From contig QWHN01000005.1 in the NCBI GenBank assembly GCA_021404905.1, positions 16,102 to 80,101 of the forward strand: DNA of 64,000 nt, written 5' to 3'. This document shows, piece after piece, positions 45,020 to 53,832 of the stretch. Both the position numbers and the translations under genes were made by a program. The notes under the pieces are model-generated. The model saw only the letters and a program-made list of their open reading frames with translations. It was not told the origin of the DNA and ran no database searches. The DNA comes from Candidatus Saccharibacteria bacterium CPR2. GTDB taxonomy: Bacteria > Patescibacteriota > Saccharimonadia > Saccharimonadales > QWHN01. Every line of letters starts with the position of its first letter. Position 1 is the stretch's first letter.

Positions 45020-46326
45020 TGTTTATCTCCTTCTCTAAAAGAAAACATTACCGGCGTGCCTTCATAACCAAATTCTTCCCGAAAAGTTCGCTCTAAATAT
45101 CTTTTATATGACCAATGAAGCAGTTTTAAATTTGACCCATAAATTACAAACCATGGCGGATTTGTGTCGGTTTGTACTGCATATCGCAACTTTGGGTAAG
45201 TATTTTTTAACCCTGCGGGCGGATGTTTGGATACTGCCGAAGACAACCATTTGTTCAGCTTAACTGTTTTTACTTTTTGAGCTCGGGTTTTAACGATATC
45301 CAGCGCAACATCATAGAGTGAAGTGACATTTTGACCAGTTACCGAACTTGTAAAAACAAGCGATGCCCAAGGTACAAAATCGAATTCGTATTTTATTTGT
45401 TTTGCCATTTCATCTCTAGTAAAAGCGTCCTTCTCTACTAGATCCCATTTGCTGATGACGAGCGCCAAACCCCTGCCCGATTCTTTTACCATGCCGGCGA
45501 TTTTTTGATCCAGGTGAGTGCCGAGTTCGACCGCATCGATTAAAAGTAGACAAACATCCGATGATTCTATAGCTTCTAGCGTACGAATTACGCTAAAATG
45601 CTCTACTCCTCTATCAATTTTGCTGCTTCTTCTAATACCGGCTGTGTCGCGCAGACGTATGTTTTGTCCATGATAACGTACCGTAGCTTCATTTACATCT
45701 CTAGTTGTGCCAGAAATGCTCGATACAATAGCCTGCTGTTTTTTCGCAAGCGTATTGAAAAGGAATGATTTCCCTACATTTGGCCTGCCCACAAGAGATA
45801 TGGTTATTACATCTTCTTTTTTGGGAATATGCTTCGGAATAACTTCTATCAATGAATTAAGCACATCTTCTATGCCTTTGTTGTGCAAGGCCGAAACCGG
45901 CACTATATTCTTGATGCCAAATTTTACCAAGTGATCCAGACTACTGCCACCCAGTTTATCAATTTTATTGGCTATTAAAATGACCGGCTTTTTAGTTTTT
46001 AGGGCGCTTCTTGAAATTGCGCGATCTTCTTCATTCATACCAGAGGTAGCTTCAACAACCACCAAAATAACGTCTGCCGATGATTCGGCTTGGGCAATTT
46101 GTTCTTGGATTGTTGCCTCAAACTCATCTTCAGGCTCTTTAAGGCCAGCGGTGTCAACAACCCAAAATTCGTGGTTTTCCCAGCTGGTTTTGCGGTATAT
46201 GGCATCTCTTGTGGTACCGGGTTCTTTTGCAACAATGGCATCACGCCGGGCAACGAAACGATTAAATAGACTCGACTTGCCAACATTTGCCCGCCCCACA
46301 ATAGCCACAATTGGTAATTTGCTCAT
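45016..46326 (-). CDS. der: Ribosome-associated GTPase Der (EngA)
   Basis: 436 aa with tandem GTPase domains (GRANVGKSSLFN / DTAG; GRPNVGKSFLFN / DTAG) and a KH-like C-terminus. Confidence 0.9.
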   Translation of the reverse strand: MSKLPIVAIVGRANVGKSSLFNRFVARRDAIVAKEPGTTRDAIYRKTSWENHEFWVVDTAGLKEPEDEFEATIQEQIAQAESSADVILVVVEATSGMNEEDRAISRSALKTKKPVILIANKIDKLGGSSLDHLVKFGIKNIVPVSALHNKGIEDVLNSLIEVIPKHIPKKEDVITISLVGRPNVGKSFLFNTLAKKQQAIVSSISGTTRDVNEATVRYHGQNIRLRDTAGIRRSSKIDRGVEHFSVIRTLEAIESSDVCLLLIDAVELGTHLDQKIAGMVKESGRGLALVISKWDLVEKDAFTRDEMAKQIKYEFDFVPWASLVFTSSVTGQNVTSLYDVALDIVKTRAQKVKTVKLNKWLSSAVSKHPPAGLKNTYPKLRYAVQTDTNPPWFVIYGSNLKLLHWSYKRYLERTFREEFGYEGTPVMFSFREGDKQ

Positions 46327-46342
46327 GAGAACAGTATAGCGT

Positions 46343-46444
46343 ACAGAAATTAGAAAACAGCAATTAGGAAACAGAAAATAGTATATTTTTAAAAACTAAT
46401 TCCTATTTTCTAATTGCCAATTCCTATTTCCCAATTGCTATCTC
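46343..46444. repeat. Heptamer-array palindromic element (copy A)
   Basis: Left arm acagaaa ttagaaa acagcaa ttaggaa acagaaa. AT-rich centre containing the 32-nt core (46373-46404). Right arm ctaattc ctatttt ctaattg ccaattc ctatttc ccaattg ctatctc. The last three units lie inside the 3' end of the pseudouridine synthase CDS. Confidence 0.8.
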
Positions 46445-47110
46445 TCTGTGCTCTCCGCTTTCCAGGCCATTTATCTTATATGGTCCGAATTGGATGCGAT
46501 GCAACTTAACAACCTCATATCCCAGGGCAGAAAAAGTTCTTCTAATTTGACGATTGCGGCCTTCGCGCATGTATACGAGAAATTTGGTGTTTTTGATTTT
46601 TTCGCTAAAATTTTTTGACGCTTTAAGTTTAAATCTGCTCAAACCATCTCCAATTTCCACACCATCTTCGATTTCATCTTTGTGTGTTGTGGACAGTGGT
46701 TTATCAAGCTCAACTTCATACACTTTTTCTTTTGCGAATTTTGGGTGTGTTAATTGGTACGCTAAATCTCCATCATCAGTAAGAAGTATCAAGCCGGTAG
46801 AATTTTTGTCGAGTCTTCCAACGGTTTTTAGTCTTTTATACTTATCTGGCAGAAGTTTATAGACTGTAGGAGTGTCTCCTTGGGTGTTTCTACTGCAAAC
46901 ATAACCTTCTGGCTTGTTGAACAATAAATATGTGTGTTTCTTTAGGGGTTTGACAGTTCCCCCGTCGACTTCTACTGGTTGATTAATATTTACTTGCGCC
47001 CCAAGTTTGACAACATTTCCATCAATAATAACCCTGCCTTTTTCAATCAGATTATCTGCTTCGCGTCTGGATATTCCTAGTGAATTTGCTAAAAATTTGT
47101 TTAATCTCAT
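46424..47110 (-). CDS. Pseudouridine synthase, RsuA/RluB family, with N-terminal S4 domain
   Basis: 228 aa. S4 domain MRLNKFLANSLGISRREADNLIEKGRV. Catalytic motif GRLDKNSTGLILLTDDG. Confidence 0.85.
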   Translation of the reverse strand: MRLNKFLANSLGISRREADNLIEKGRVIIDGNVVKLGAQVNINQPVEVDGGTVKPLKKHTYLLFNKPEGYVCSRNTQGDTPTVYKLLPDKYKRLKTVGRLDKNSTGLILLTDDGDLAYQLTHPKFAKEKVYEVELDKPLSTTHKDEIEDGVEIGDGLSRFKLKASKNFSEKIKNTKFLVYMREGRNRQIRRTFSALGYEVVKLHRIQFGPYKINGLESGEHREIAIGK

Positions 47111-47133
47111 TATCTGAAATAATACCAGACGGC

Positions 47134-48609
47134 TTAAAGAGCAATGTCTTCAGGTCGTACCTGATCGTTCTGTGTGGAATTGTTTGATTGAGCCGTATTT
47201 TCATCTGATTGATCAGAAACGGGAGAGCCAGGTGTAATAGTTTGACCCGGTGTCATTTGTTGCTGTCTCTCCTGGTAGCTGTCGCCGCCATCAGCCATAT
47301 ATGAATGTATTTGATTCTCAACCTCAGATTTTTCCTGAGCCGCAGGTTCGCTTAGACCGCCATCTATGGCTTGATGTGATTCGTCAGCTTGCTGTTGTTT
47401 TTCCAATTCTCTGCGAGCCAGTTCTTTAAGATCTGGTTTTTGAGTCGGGTCATTAATTGGTTGAATAACTTTCTTTTTTCGTGATGGTGAATCTGGAATG
47501 TCAAAATTCAACTCTGTTGAACTTCTATCCTCATCTTCATCATTAGTAGTATCCATACCATTTTGTGCTACATTGCTATCCGTATCTTCGACTTGAATTT
47601 GCAACCTTCCGGGCTGCTCAGTAGGAGTTATTACTGCAGAATCAGTTGTAGAGCCACTTTGAATATTCGCATCACCTTGACTGGCAGCGTTAATATTAGG
47701 CGCATCACTTGCTTTATTAACTTGTGTTGATTGAACGTCATTTGATGACGAGCTAGAAGTGACTGTATTTTGGTTTGGTTCCGGTCTTGGCGGAGGTGGT
47801 GGGGGCACATGTAGTCGCTCCCCCACTGGCTCCGTCGGAGCCTTTCTGACGGATACCGTTGCTCGTGCGGGGGGCGGGGTTATGTCAATCCCCGCCTCAG
47901 GTTTTGGGCTGGAGTACCCTCCTGGAGCAGTTTCATTTGTTGGGGGTTGTGGCTTTTGAGGAGTAGTTAACTGTGATTGTGAAGTTGGATCGACTTGGGG
48001 TTGAGCCGGCGGCTGAGTATTATCTACCTGAACTGTTTGAGTTGTATTTGCAATGTCAGGTTGAACTACACTCGCTGCTGGTACTGCTTGAGTTGTTTCA
48101 GTAGTAGCTTGCGAGGCAGGACCAGCAGGTGTAGTGCTTGGCTGTGAAGTTGCAACACTTGGGCTGGGCGTAGATACAGGAACTGTGGGTTGTTCTGCTG
48201 CTACTGGCTGAGGAACGGCCGCGGGTGTTTGAGCCGAATTGCTACCTTCAAGAACCTCATGGACTGTATTAACTACATCTTCTAAAGTGACCTGTGATTT
48301 TACTAAATATTTGTTTGCACCTAAATTCTCGCCGCGCTGTCTGTCTGATTCTTGGCTAAGGGCTGTCATCATAATAACTTTAGTGTCTTTGGTCTCTGGG
48401 GTGGTGCGTAATATATCCAAAACATCAAAGCCACTAATTTTAGGCATCATTACATCGAGAATTATTAGGTCTGGTTCTTCTTTAACAACTGATGCCAGTG
48501 CTTGTTCGCCGTCTGATACAGATACTATTTCGTAGCCTTCTGCCTGAAGTCGAGCTCCGTAAATTTCCCGCAGGTTTTCGTCGTCTTCAACCAGCATTAT
48601 TTTCGTCAT
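47134..48609 (-). CDS. Receiver-domain protein with a C-terminal low-complexity Pro/Thr/Gln/Ser-rich extension of about 370 aa
   Basis: 491 aa. Residues 1-120 form a REC domain (IMLVEDD, LIILDVMMPKISGFDVLD, MMTA...KYLVK). The remainder has no recognisable fold (for example PPPPPPRPEP and runs of T/S/Q/P/A/V). Confidence 0.8.
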   Translation of the reverse strand: MTKIMLVEDDENLREIYGARLQAEGYEIVSVSDGEQALASVVKEEPDLIILDVMMPKISGFDVLDILRTTPETKDTKVIMMTALSQESDRQRGENLGANKYLVKSQVTLEDVVNTVHEVLEGSNSAQTPAAVPQPVAAEQPTVPVSTPSPSVATSQPSTTPAGPASQATTETTQAVPAASVVQPDIANTTQTVQVDNTQPPAQPQVDPTSQSQLTTPQKPQPPTNETAPGGYSSPKPEAGIDITPPPARATVSVRKAPTEPVGERLHVPPPPPPRPEPNQNTVTSSSSSNDVQSTQVNKASDAPNINAASQGDANIQSGSTTDSAVITPTEQPGRLQIQVEDTDSNVAQNGMDTTNDEDEDRSSTELNFDIPDSPSRKKKVIQPINDPTQKPDLKELARRELEKQQQADESHQAIDGGLSEPAAQEKSEVENQIHSYMADGGDSYQERQQQMTPGQTITPGSPVSDQSDENTAQSNNSTQNDQVRPEDIAL

Positions 48610-48668
48610 AGTACCTCCATTCTATCGGGAAATATAATTTTTTACCATAACCTTATTTTTACTACATA

Positions 48669-50366
48669 TTACACGCTTTGTTCAATATCTGAAAGTGGGC
48701 TCATAGAGGCAGCTTCTCGTTTCATTAGGTCTTGAGCTTTTTGAGTGCTTAGTCTGGGCAGAGAAACATAAAACTTACTGCCCTTGCCCAATCTAGAGTC
48801 TACCCAGATTTTCCCACCAAAAAGCTCGACAATTTTACGACAGATAAATAGGCCAAGCCCCGTTCCGCCAATTTGTCTGGTTGCGGAGTTGTCAACTCTA
48901 TAGAACTTCTCAAAAAGATGCGGAATATCTTCTGCTGGGATTCCTGGCCCGGTATCTTCTACCGTAACAAGAACGTTTTGCTCATCTGCCCTCAAACCAA
49001 TAACTATCTTTCCTTCCTCGGTGTATTTAACGGCGTTATCAAACAGATTAGTTATGATTTCACGCAGGCGATCAGGGTCTACGTGCGCATAATAAACCGG
49101 CATGAGGGCTTGTTGGGAAGTAGCCATGTTATCATCGCCAAATTGATATTCAACTTTCAGCCCTTTCTTTTCGGCTGTGAACCGCACATCTTGGGTAACT
49201 TGTTCGAGGAAAGCACTTATGTCAGTAACCTTTGGATGGCTGATTAGTCGTCCGTCTTCTGATTTGGCCGCTGTCAACAGGTCCTGGAACAGTTTGCCAA
49301 GATGCTGAGTTGATGAATGAGCTTTTTCAAGATATTCTCTGGCTTTGGTATCAATATTCACGACATTTGGGTTCATAGCAAGGGAGAGATAACCTTCAAT
49401 CGCGGCTACTGGAGTACGCATTTCATGAGATGCGGTAGAAATAAACTCGGCTCTTTGTTGTTGCTCGGATTTTTCCTGGCTTATGTCTCGAAAAACAACT
49501 ATAACGGCGTTGGCTTCATTGTCAAAATTCTGGATTGGTGAAATTGTTATAGAAAGCGAAACAATTTTGTTTGAGCGCGAGTTTAGATTAAATTTATTGC
49601 TGGATACAGGTTGCTTCTGTTGAAACACTTCAATCAGAGGATCTACTTGAAGCGGTTTGTTTTTATCATCAACAAACTTCATTATCGACCGATAATCCAG
49701 CCCCAAAGCCTCCTCGACTTTCCAACCAGTTATTTCCTGGGCGGCTGGATTAAACAGTTTAATTTTATAGTCAGTGTCTACAACGATCACGCCGTCCGCC
49801 ATGGCGCTAATTAAAATATCGGCTTTGCTTTTTTCATGCGCCAAAGAACTCATCAAGCCTTCAACTGATCCTTTTTCTGTTTTCTTTTGACCCTGATTAC
49901 TCCAAATTATTAAACTGGCAATAAATGTAATCTGAACCATAATCACTCTGATAATGTTGTCTCTTAAATCTCCATGAGCGGTGAAAATACCAAGAACAAA
50001 TAGTAAATAATACGCATCCGTGCCAACTATTAAAGGGACTAATACTGCCCAACCGAACATTCCCGTTAGCATGATTATCAAATACCATAACCCTATATAG
50101 GGCGATCCTACGCCGCCAGTAGCATATATTTGCCAGGAAACCATGGAAAACAGAAGCGAGTAACTAATAATTGCGCCAACCCAGAATCTCAGGCGTACCG
50201 CATATTTGTAGAGAAAGAGGCCAAATATCGCGGTTATTAACCCCAAGATTGCCGTCCCCGGGGTAACACCAAAATTTAGTTGGTCCTGCAAGCCAGGGAA
50301 AACAAATTGCAGCAGTAAATATGATACAAAAAATACACTGCCCACCACTGTAGTAATGGTGTTCAA
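48669..50366 (-). CDS. Membrane sensor histidine kinase (multi-TM + PAS + HisKA + HATPase)
   Basis: 565 aa with TTG start. About 5-6 N-terminal TM helices, a PAS-like segment, H-box STASHEMRTPV, N-box LFDNAVKY, and G-boxes DTGPGI / GTGLGL. Confidence 0.85.
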   Translation of the reverse strand: MNTITTVVGSVFFVSYLLLQFVFPGLQDQLNFGVTPGTAILGLITAIFGLFLYKYAVRLRFWVGAIISYSLLFSMVSWQIYATGGVGSPYIGLWYLIIMLTGMFGWAVLVPLIVGTDAYYLLFVLGIFTAHGDLRDNIIRVIMVQITFIASLIIWSNQGQKKTEKGSVEGLMSSLAHEKSKADILISAMADGVIVVDTDYKIKLFNPAAQEITGWKVEEALGLDYRSIMKFVDDKNKPLQVDPLIEVFQQKQPVSSNKFNLNSRSNKIVSLSITISPIQNFDNEANAVIVVFRDISQEKSEQQQRAEFISTASHEMRTPVAAIEGYLSLAMNPNVVNIDTKAREYLEKAHSSTQHLGKLFQDLLTAAKSEDGRLISHPKVTDISAFLEQVTQDVRFTAEKKGLKVEYQFGDDNMATSQQALMPVYYAHVDPDRLREIITNLFDNAVKYTEEGKIVIGLRADEQNVLVTVEDTGPGIPAEDIPHLFEKFYRVDNSATRQIGGTGLGLFICRKIVELFGGKIWVDSRLGKGSKFYVSLPRLSTQKAQDLMKREAASMSPLSDIEQSV

Positions 50367-50509
50367 ACGGCTATACCACTTTGGAGATACTTCGAGAAAT
50401 AGCTTAATAGACTTAATCCGTTTCTTTTTTCAACCATTACCATTATGGCGCCATTATATTTGTTTTTCAATTTAATAAATGTCTGTTTCACGAAACGCGG
50501 GCATTCACG

Positions 50510-50584
50510 TGGTGACCCCTAGGAGAGTCGAACTCCTGTTTTCAGGATGAGAACCTGATGTCCTAACCACTAGACGAAGGGGCC
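50510..50584 (-). tRNA. tRNA-Glu (anticodon CTC), CCA encoded
   Basis: Manual cloverleaf: acceptor GGCCCCT/AGGGGTC, D arm GTCT-AGTGGTTA-GGAC, anticodon arm TCAGG-TTCTCAT-CCTGA, T arm AGGAG-TTCGACT-CTCCT, discriminator A + CCA. 75 nt. Confidence 0.9.
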
Positions 50585-50634
50585 CCTTGTCGGAGGAATT
50601 TGCTTAGGAATTCTAACACAGCCTCTGTTAACCC

Positions 50635-51018
50635 TCAACTAGTGGCGGGACTCATTTGGCCAATGATTTCCACCAGCATGCGCGGGGTGAGATCTGCCTT
50701 AATTAAGTAGCCATCGGCCAAGCGTTCCATGGCTGTACGGCTATCTTCATCCTGGTCAAAATTGGTCAGCACTAATATTTTGCTGTTCGGGAGTTTATTC
50801 CCCTCTTTACCGCGCAGCTCCTGTAGGATTTCTACGCCAGTTTTTTCCGGCAACATTAAGTCAAGTAAAACGTAATCGTATATTCCAGTTTGAGCTTTCT
50901 TTAAACCTTCCGGCCCGTTCGGTACGACTTCTATGTCATAACCCGCTTTTACCAATGAGCGTTGGTACATCTCGCCTATAAAACGGTCGTCCTCGATACA
51001 TAAGATCTTGTGTGCCAT
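50635..51018 (-). CDS. Stand-alone receiver-domain response regulator
   Basis: The ATG at 51018 gives MAHKILCIEDD. The track's upstream extension reads through the heptamer array and is unlikely. REC motifs VLLDLMLP and VLTN...YLIK are present, with no output domain. Confidence 0.8.
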   Translation of the reverse strand: MAHKILCIEDDRFIGEMYQRSLVKAGYDIEVVPNGPEGLKKAQTGIYDYVLLDLMLPEKTGVEILQELRGKEGNKLPNSKILVLTNFDQDEDSRTAMERLADGYLIKADLTPRMLVEIIGQMSPATS

Positions 51019-51044
51019 GCTGGTATCAAGTATACAGGAAACGG

Positions 51045-51192
51045 GAAATAGCAAATAGCAATTGGGAAATAGAGATTGGAAACTAGAAACTAGCAATTAG
51101 AAAATAGAAATTAGGAATAAGTAGAAAGAGCGCATCGTTTTTCAAATCCTATTTTCCAGTTCCCAGTTCCCAATTCCTAATTTCTATTCTCT
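51045..51192. repeat. Heptamer-array palindromic element (copy C)
   Basis: Left arm of 12 phased units (caaatag caattgg gaaatag agattgg aaactag aaactag caattag aaaatag aaattag gaataag ...). A 15-nt centre. Right arm aaatcct attttcc agttccc agttccc aattcct aatttct attctct. Fills the HK-stop to RR-start spacer. Confidence 0.8.
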
Positions 51193-52717
51193 ACTTGCGG
51201 TACATCGCATGGTTTTTAATCCAGCCATGCGAGCTGCGGACTATACCCTTTTCTGGTTGTTCCAGTTTATTGGCTACCGAAGCAAACGTCGGTACTAAAA
51301 ATCCAAAAGTTGAGCCCTCCCCTTCCTTAGAACTCACATATATTTGGCCGCCATGCGCATCAATAATGGCTTTTGATAAATACAGCCCAAGACCAGTGCC
51401 GCCTACGGCTCCTTTGGTACGGTGAGACCGGTAAAATTTCTTGAATAAATTACCAATTACGGATGATGGAATACCAATGCCACGATCTTGAACAATTACC
51501 TCTACCTGGTCGCCTCGTTGTCTTAGCTCAACGACAATTTCGCCGCCTTCATAACTGTATTTGATCGCGTTGTCTACTAAATTATTTAGCACCTCGGTAA
51601 TTCCTACTTTGTCTATGGCTACGGTGGGCAGATTTTGCGGACTTTTTAAGATAATCTTACGATTTAGGGCAGTTGCTCTTAAGCCAATTTCGTCTACAGT
51701 TTCTTTGGTAGTTGAGATAATATCTTCTTCCTTAATAAAAAGCTTTAACTCGTTTTGGTCCACACGGGACACATTTAATATGTTGTTGACATAAGTAGCC
51801 AGTTGATTAGCCGAGAGGACTACCTTGGAAAGAAGCCCTTTTTGTTCATCATTAGCTACACTATTCAGCTCATCGCTAAGCACATCTAGATACCCGCGTA
51901 TCACTGTAATCGGACCTCTGAGCTCATGTGCTGCCAAAGCAACAAAGCTAAGCTGATTTTCATCTTCACTATATGAACCGGTTTTATCTGTGAATACCAA
52001 AACGACTTCTTGATTCAGACTGTCATTTTTACTGTAATGCGCTACTAAATCTATATAACGCACCTGATTTTTTGAGCTTAACTTTACACGGTTCCAAATG
52101 CGTTTGTCGTGCACCTTATTTTGTCTGGAAGATTCGAGCCAACTTTTATAATCACCTTCACCCTGAAAATCCAAATTCACTATTCTTTCAAAAGGCACCC
52201 CAATTGATTCGGATTGCTCGCTGCCGATAAATTCAAGAGCTTCTTTATTAGCAAAAGCCAGACTTTGGTTGTTATCAAGAATCATTACTGCAACTGGCAG
52301 TTTGTTAAGGATAGACTCAATATATCTGGCATTGCTATTACTTGTTTGCGATTCAGCTTCCTTGCTTTTGACAAGTTTATAAATATTATCAGTAAGTTTT
52401 TCTATTAATTCACGGCCAAGCAACGTGCCCTTGATTGTTAGTGTCTGCGCGCTTTCTTCGGGCGCCAGGATATTGGCTATAACTTTAGTCAGAACATCTA
52501 TTGGTTCGATGATAAAGGTTTGTAAAAAATAGACCAGGATTGAACCAACAAATGTTGAAACGCCAAAAGCTATGATTGAGGTGATTTCTATTGAAATGTC
52601 GAAATATATATTTAGTAATAACCACGTTAATGTCCCTGATGCAGCCACAATTCCGTACGACAAGAACATCACCCATGAGATGTGTGCTCTAAGTTGGCGA
52701 ATTAAATCTTTCTGCAT
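51191..52717 (-). CDS. Membrane sensor histidine kinase (2 TM + PAS-like + HisKA + HATPase)
   Basis: 508 aa. H-box LAAHELRGPIT, N-box LVDNAIKY, and G-boxes DRGIGI / GTGLGL. Confidence 0.85.
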   Translation of the reverse strand: MQKDLIRQLRAHISWVMFLSYGIVAASGTLTWLLLNIYFDISIEITSIIAFGVSTFVGSILVYFLQTFIIEPIDVLTKVIANILAPEESAQTLTIKGTLLGRELIEKLTDNIYKLVKSKEAESQTSNSNARYIESILNKLPVAVMILDNNQSLAFANKEALEFIGSEQSESIGVPFERIVNLDFQGEGDYKSWLESSRQNKVHDKRIWNRVKLSSKNQVRYIDLVAHYSKNDSLNQEVVLVFTDKTGSYSEDENQLSFVALAAHELRGPITVIRGYLDVLSDELNSVANDEQKGLLSKVVLSANQLATYVNNILNVSRVDQNELKLFIKEEDIISTTKETVDEIGLRATALNRKIILKSPQNLPTVAIDKVGITEVLNNLVDNAIKYSYEGGEIVVELRQRGDQVEVIVQDRGIGIPSSVIGNLFKKFYRSHRTKGAVGGTGLGLYLSKAIIDAHGGQIYVSSKEGEGSTFGFLVPTFASVANKLEQPEKGIVRSSHGWIKNHAMYRK

Positions 52718-53781
52718 TAGTTATATGTAACTGACTTCTCTGGCGGAAGTGCTACAACCCAGGCTTGACCGGCATTGAGAGATATCTCCGCGCCGGCAGC
52801 ATCTAAGAACTTATACTGTTCAAAAGCGCCGGGTTTTTGCCATGTGCCAGTGGTGAGAGTGCCGTCCTGAAAGATAAGTAATTCGCCTGAACCTGCTGTT
52901 GGCATCTTTAAATGTCCATCTGCCATAACACTTTGTGGGATCTTCATGACTATAACAACTTTAGGGTTTATTTGTTTGCCGGACTCTCTGTCCTTATGCG
53001 CATTGCCGGCCAAGCTGCGCAGATAACTGTTCGAAGCCTGGTCGTAAGTATAGCTTGATGCGTAATACTGGCTGGAGATATTAATCGAGATGTTCGAAGC
53101 GTTTGGCGCCGGTGAAGGCGTATCAGCTTTTCGTGTCCAAGGTGTAAATTTGCTTTCCTGAAAACCCAGTTCATTCATTAAAGCATCCAGGAGGTCGCTA
53201 GTCGTATACATATTGTGCGGTGCGTATCTGTCGCTGGCACGATAGAATGATCCGGCGTGAGAGAATTGGTCGAGATCTTTCATGCTGGCGCTACGAGCAT
53301 ACTGCAAAGCTTCCGGACTTCCACCTACGTGTGCAACGGCCGCGTCAAATGTTTTTCCCCACTCCAGAAAATATGGCCTTAATGATCTAACTGGCCCAAA
53401 CAACGCGGGTCTTGCTTCTTGGTAAAGGGCTAAATGGCGCGTGATTCCACCCTCGGCGATTGCTTCAAACACTACCCCGGCTTCTTGAAGGCCAGATTGC
53501 GGCCTGGCGTCAGGACTATTTTCGATTACAATCCCTTTAACGGGGCGTTTTGCTAAGTCGGGAGACACTTCAACTCCCGTCAGGGGAGATTTTTCCAGTT
53601 TTATAGTAGGCTCGCTAGTGCTGGTCGCATTTGGGTCTGTGCGGCTGACTTCTTTACTGTTTTTTAACCATATAGCGGTAATTAAAATACCCAAAAAAAC
53701 TACCAGGATGGTGCTCGATACTAACAAAACTTTTTTGTTTTTCTTGGCCCAGTCAAAAAAACGGGCTAAGCGTTTTTTCAT
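52717..53781 (-). CDS. DUF3048-family secreted/anchored protein (YerB-like)
   Basis: 354 aa. N-terminal TM, then VIENSPDARPQSGLQEAGVVFEAIAEGGITRHLALY, which resembles the DUF3048 signature. Assignment is from memory. Confidence 0.6.
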   Translation of the reverse strand: MKKRLARFFDWAKKNKKVLLVSSTILVVFLGILITAIWLKNSKEVSRTDPNATSTSEPTIKLEKSPLTGVEVSPDLAKRPVKGIVIENSPDARPQSGLQEAGVVFEAIAEGGITRHLALYQEARPALFGPVRSLRPYFLEWGKTFDAAVAHVGGSPEALQYARSASMKDLDQFSHAGSFYRASDRYAPHNMYTTSDLLDALMNELGFQESKFTPWTRKADTPSPAPNASNISINISSQYYASSYTYDQASNSYLRSLAGNAHKDRESGKQINPKVVIVMKIPQSVMADGHLKMPTAGSGELLIFQDGTLTTGTWQKPGAFEQYKFLDAAGAEISLNAGQAWVVALPPEKSVTYN

Positions 53782-53832
53782 ACATATGAGTATCTCGAAT
53801 TAACCCGTTTTTATCAAGAGGCTTACGGTTGT

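Noticed and set aside
47759-47959. Gly-rich plus-strand ORF (and other antisense ORFs of 60-125 aa listed throughout the track)
   Set aside because: These lie antisense to long, motif-supported genes, for example the Pro-rich RR tail giving poly-Gly on the opposite strand. They lack start and SD context and were treated as frame noise.
50367-50509. Possible regulatory element or extra tRNA between tRNA-Glu and the downstream kinase gene
   Set aside because: No cloverleaf, terminator or repeat could be built from this AT-rich stretch by eye.
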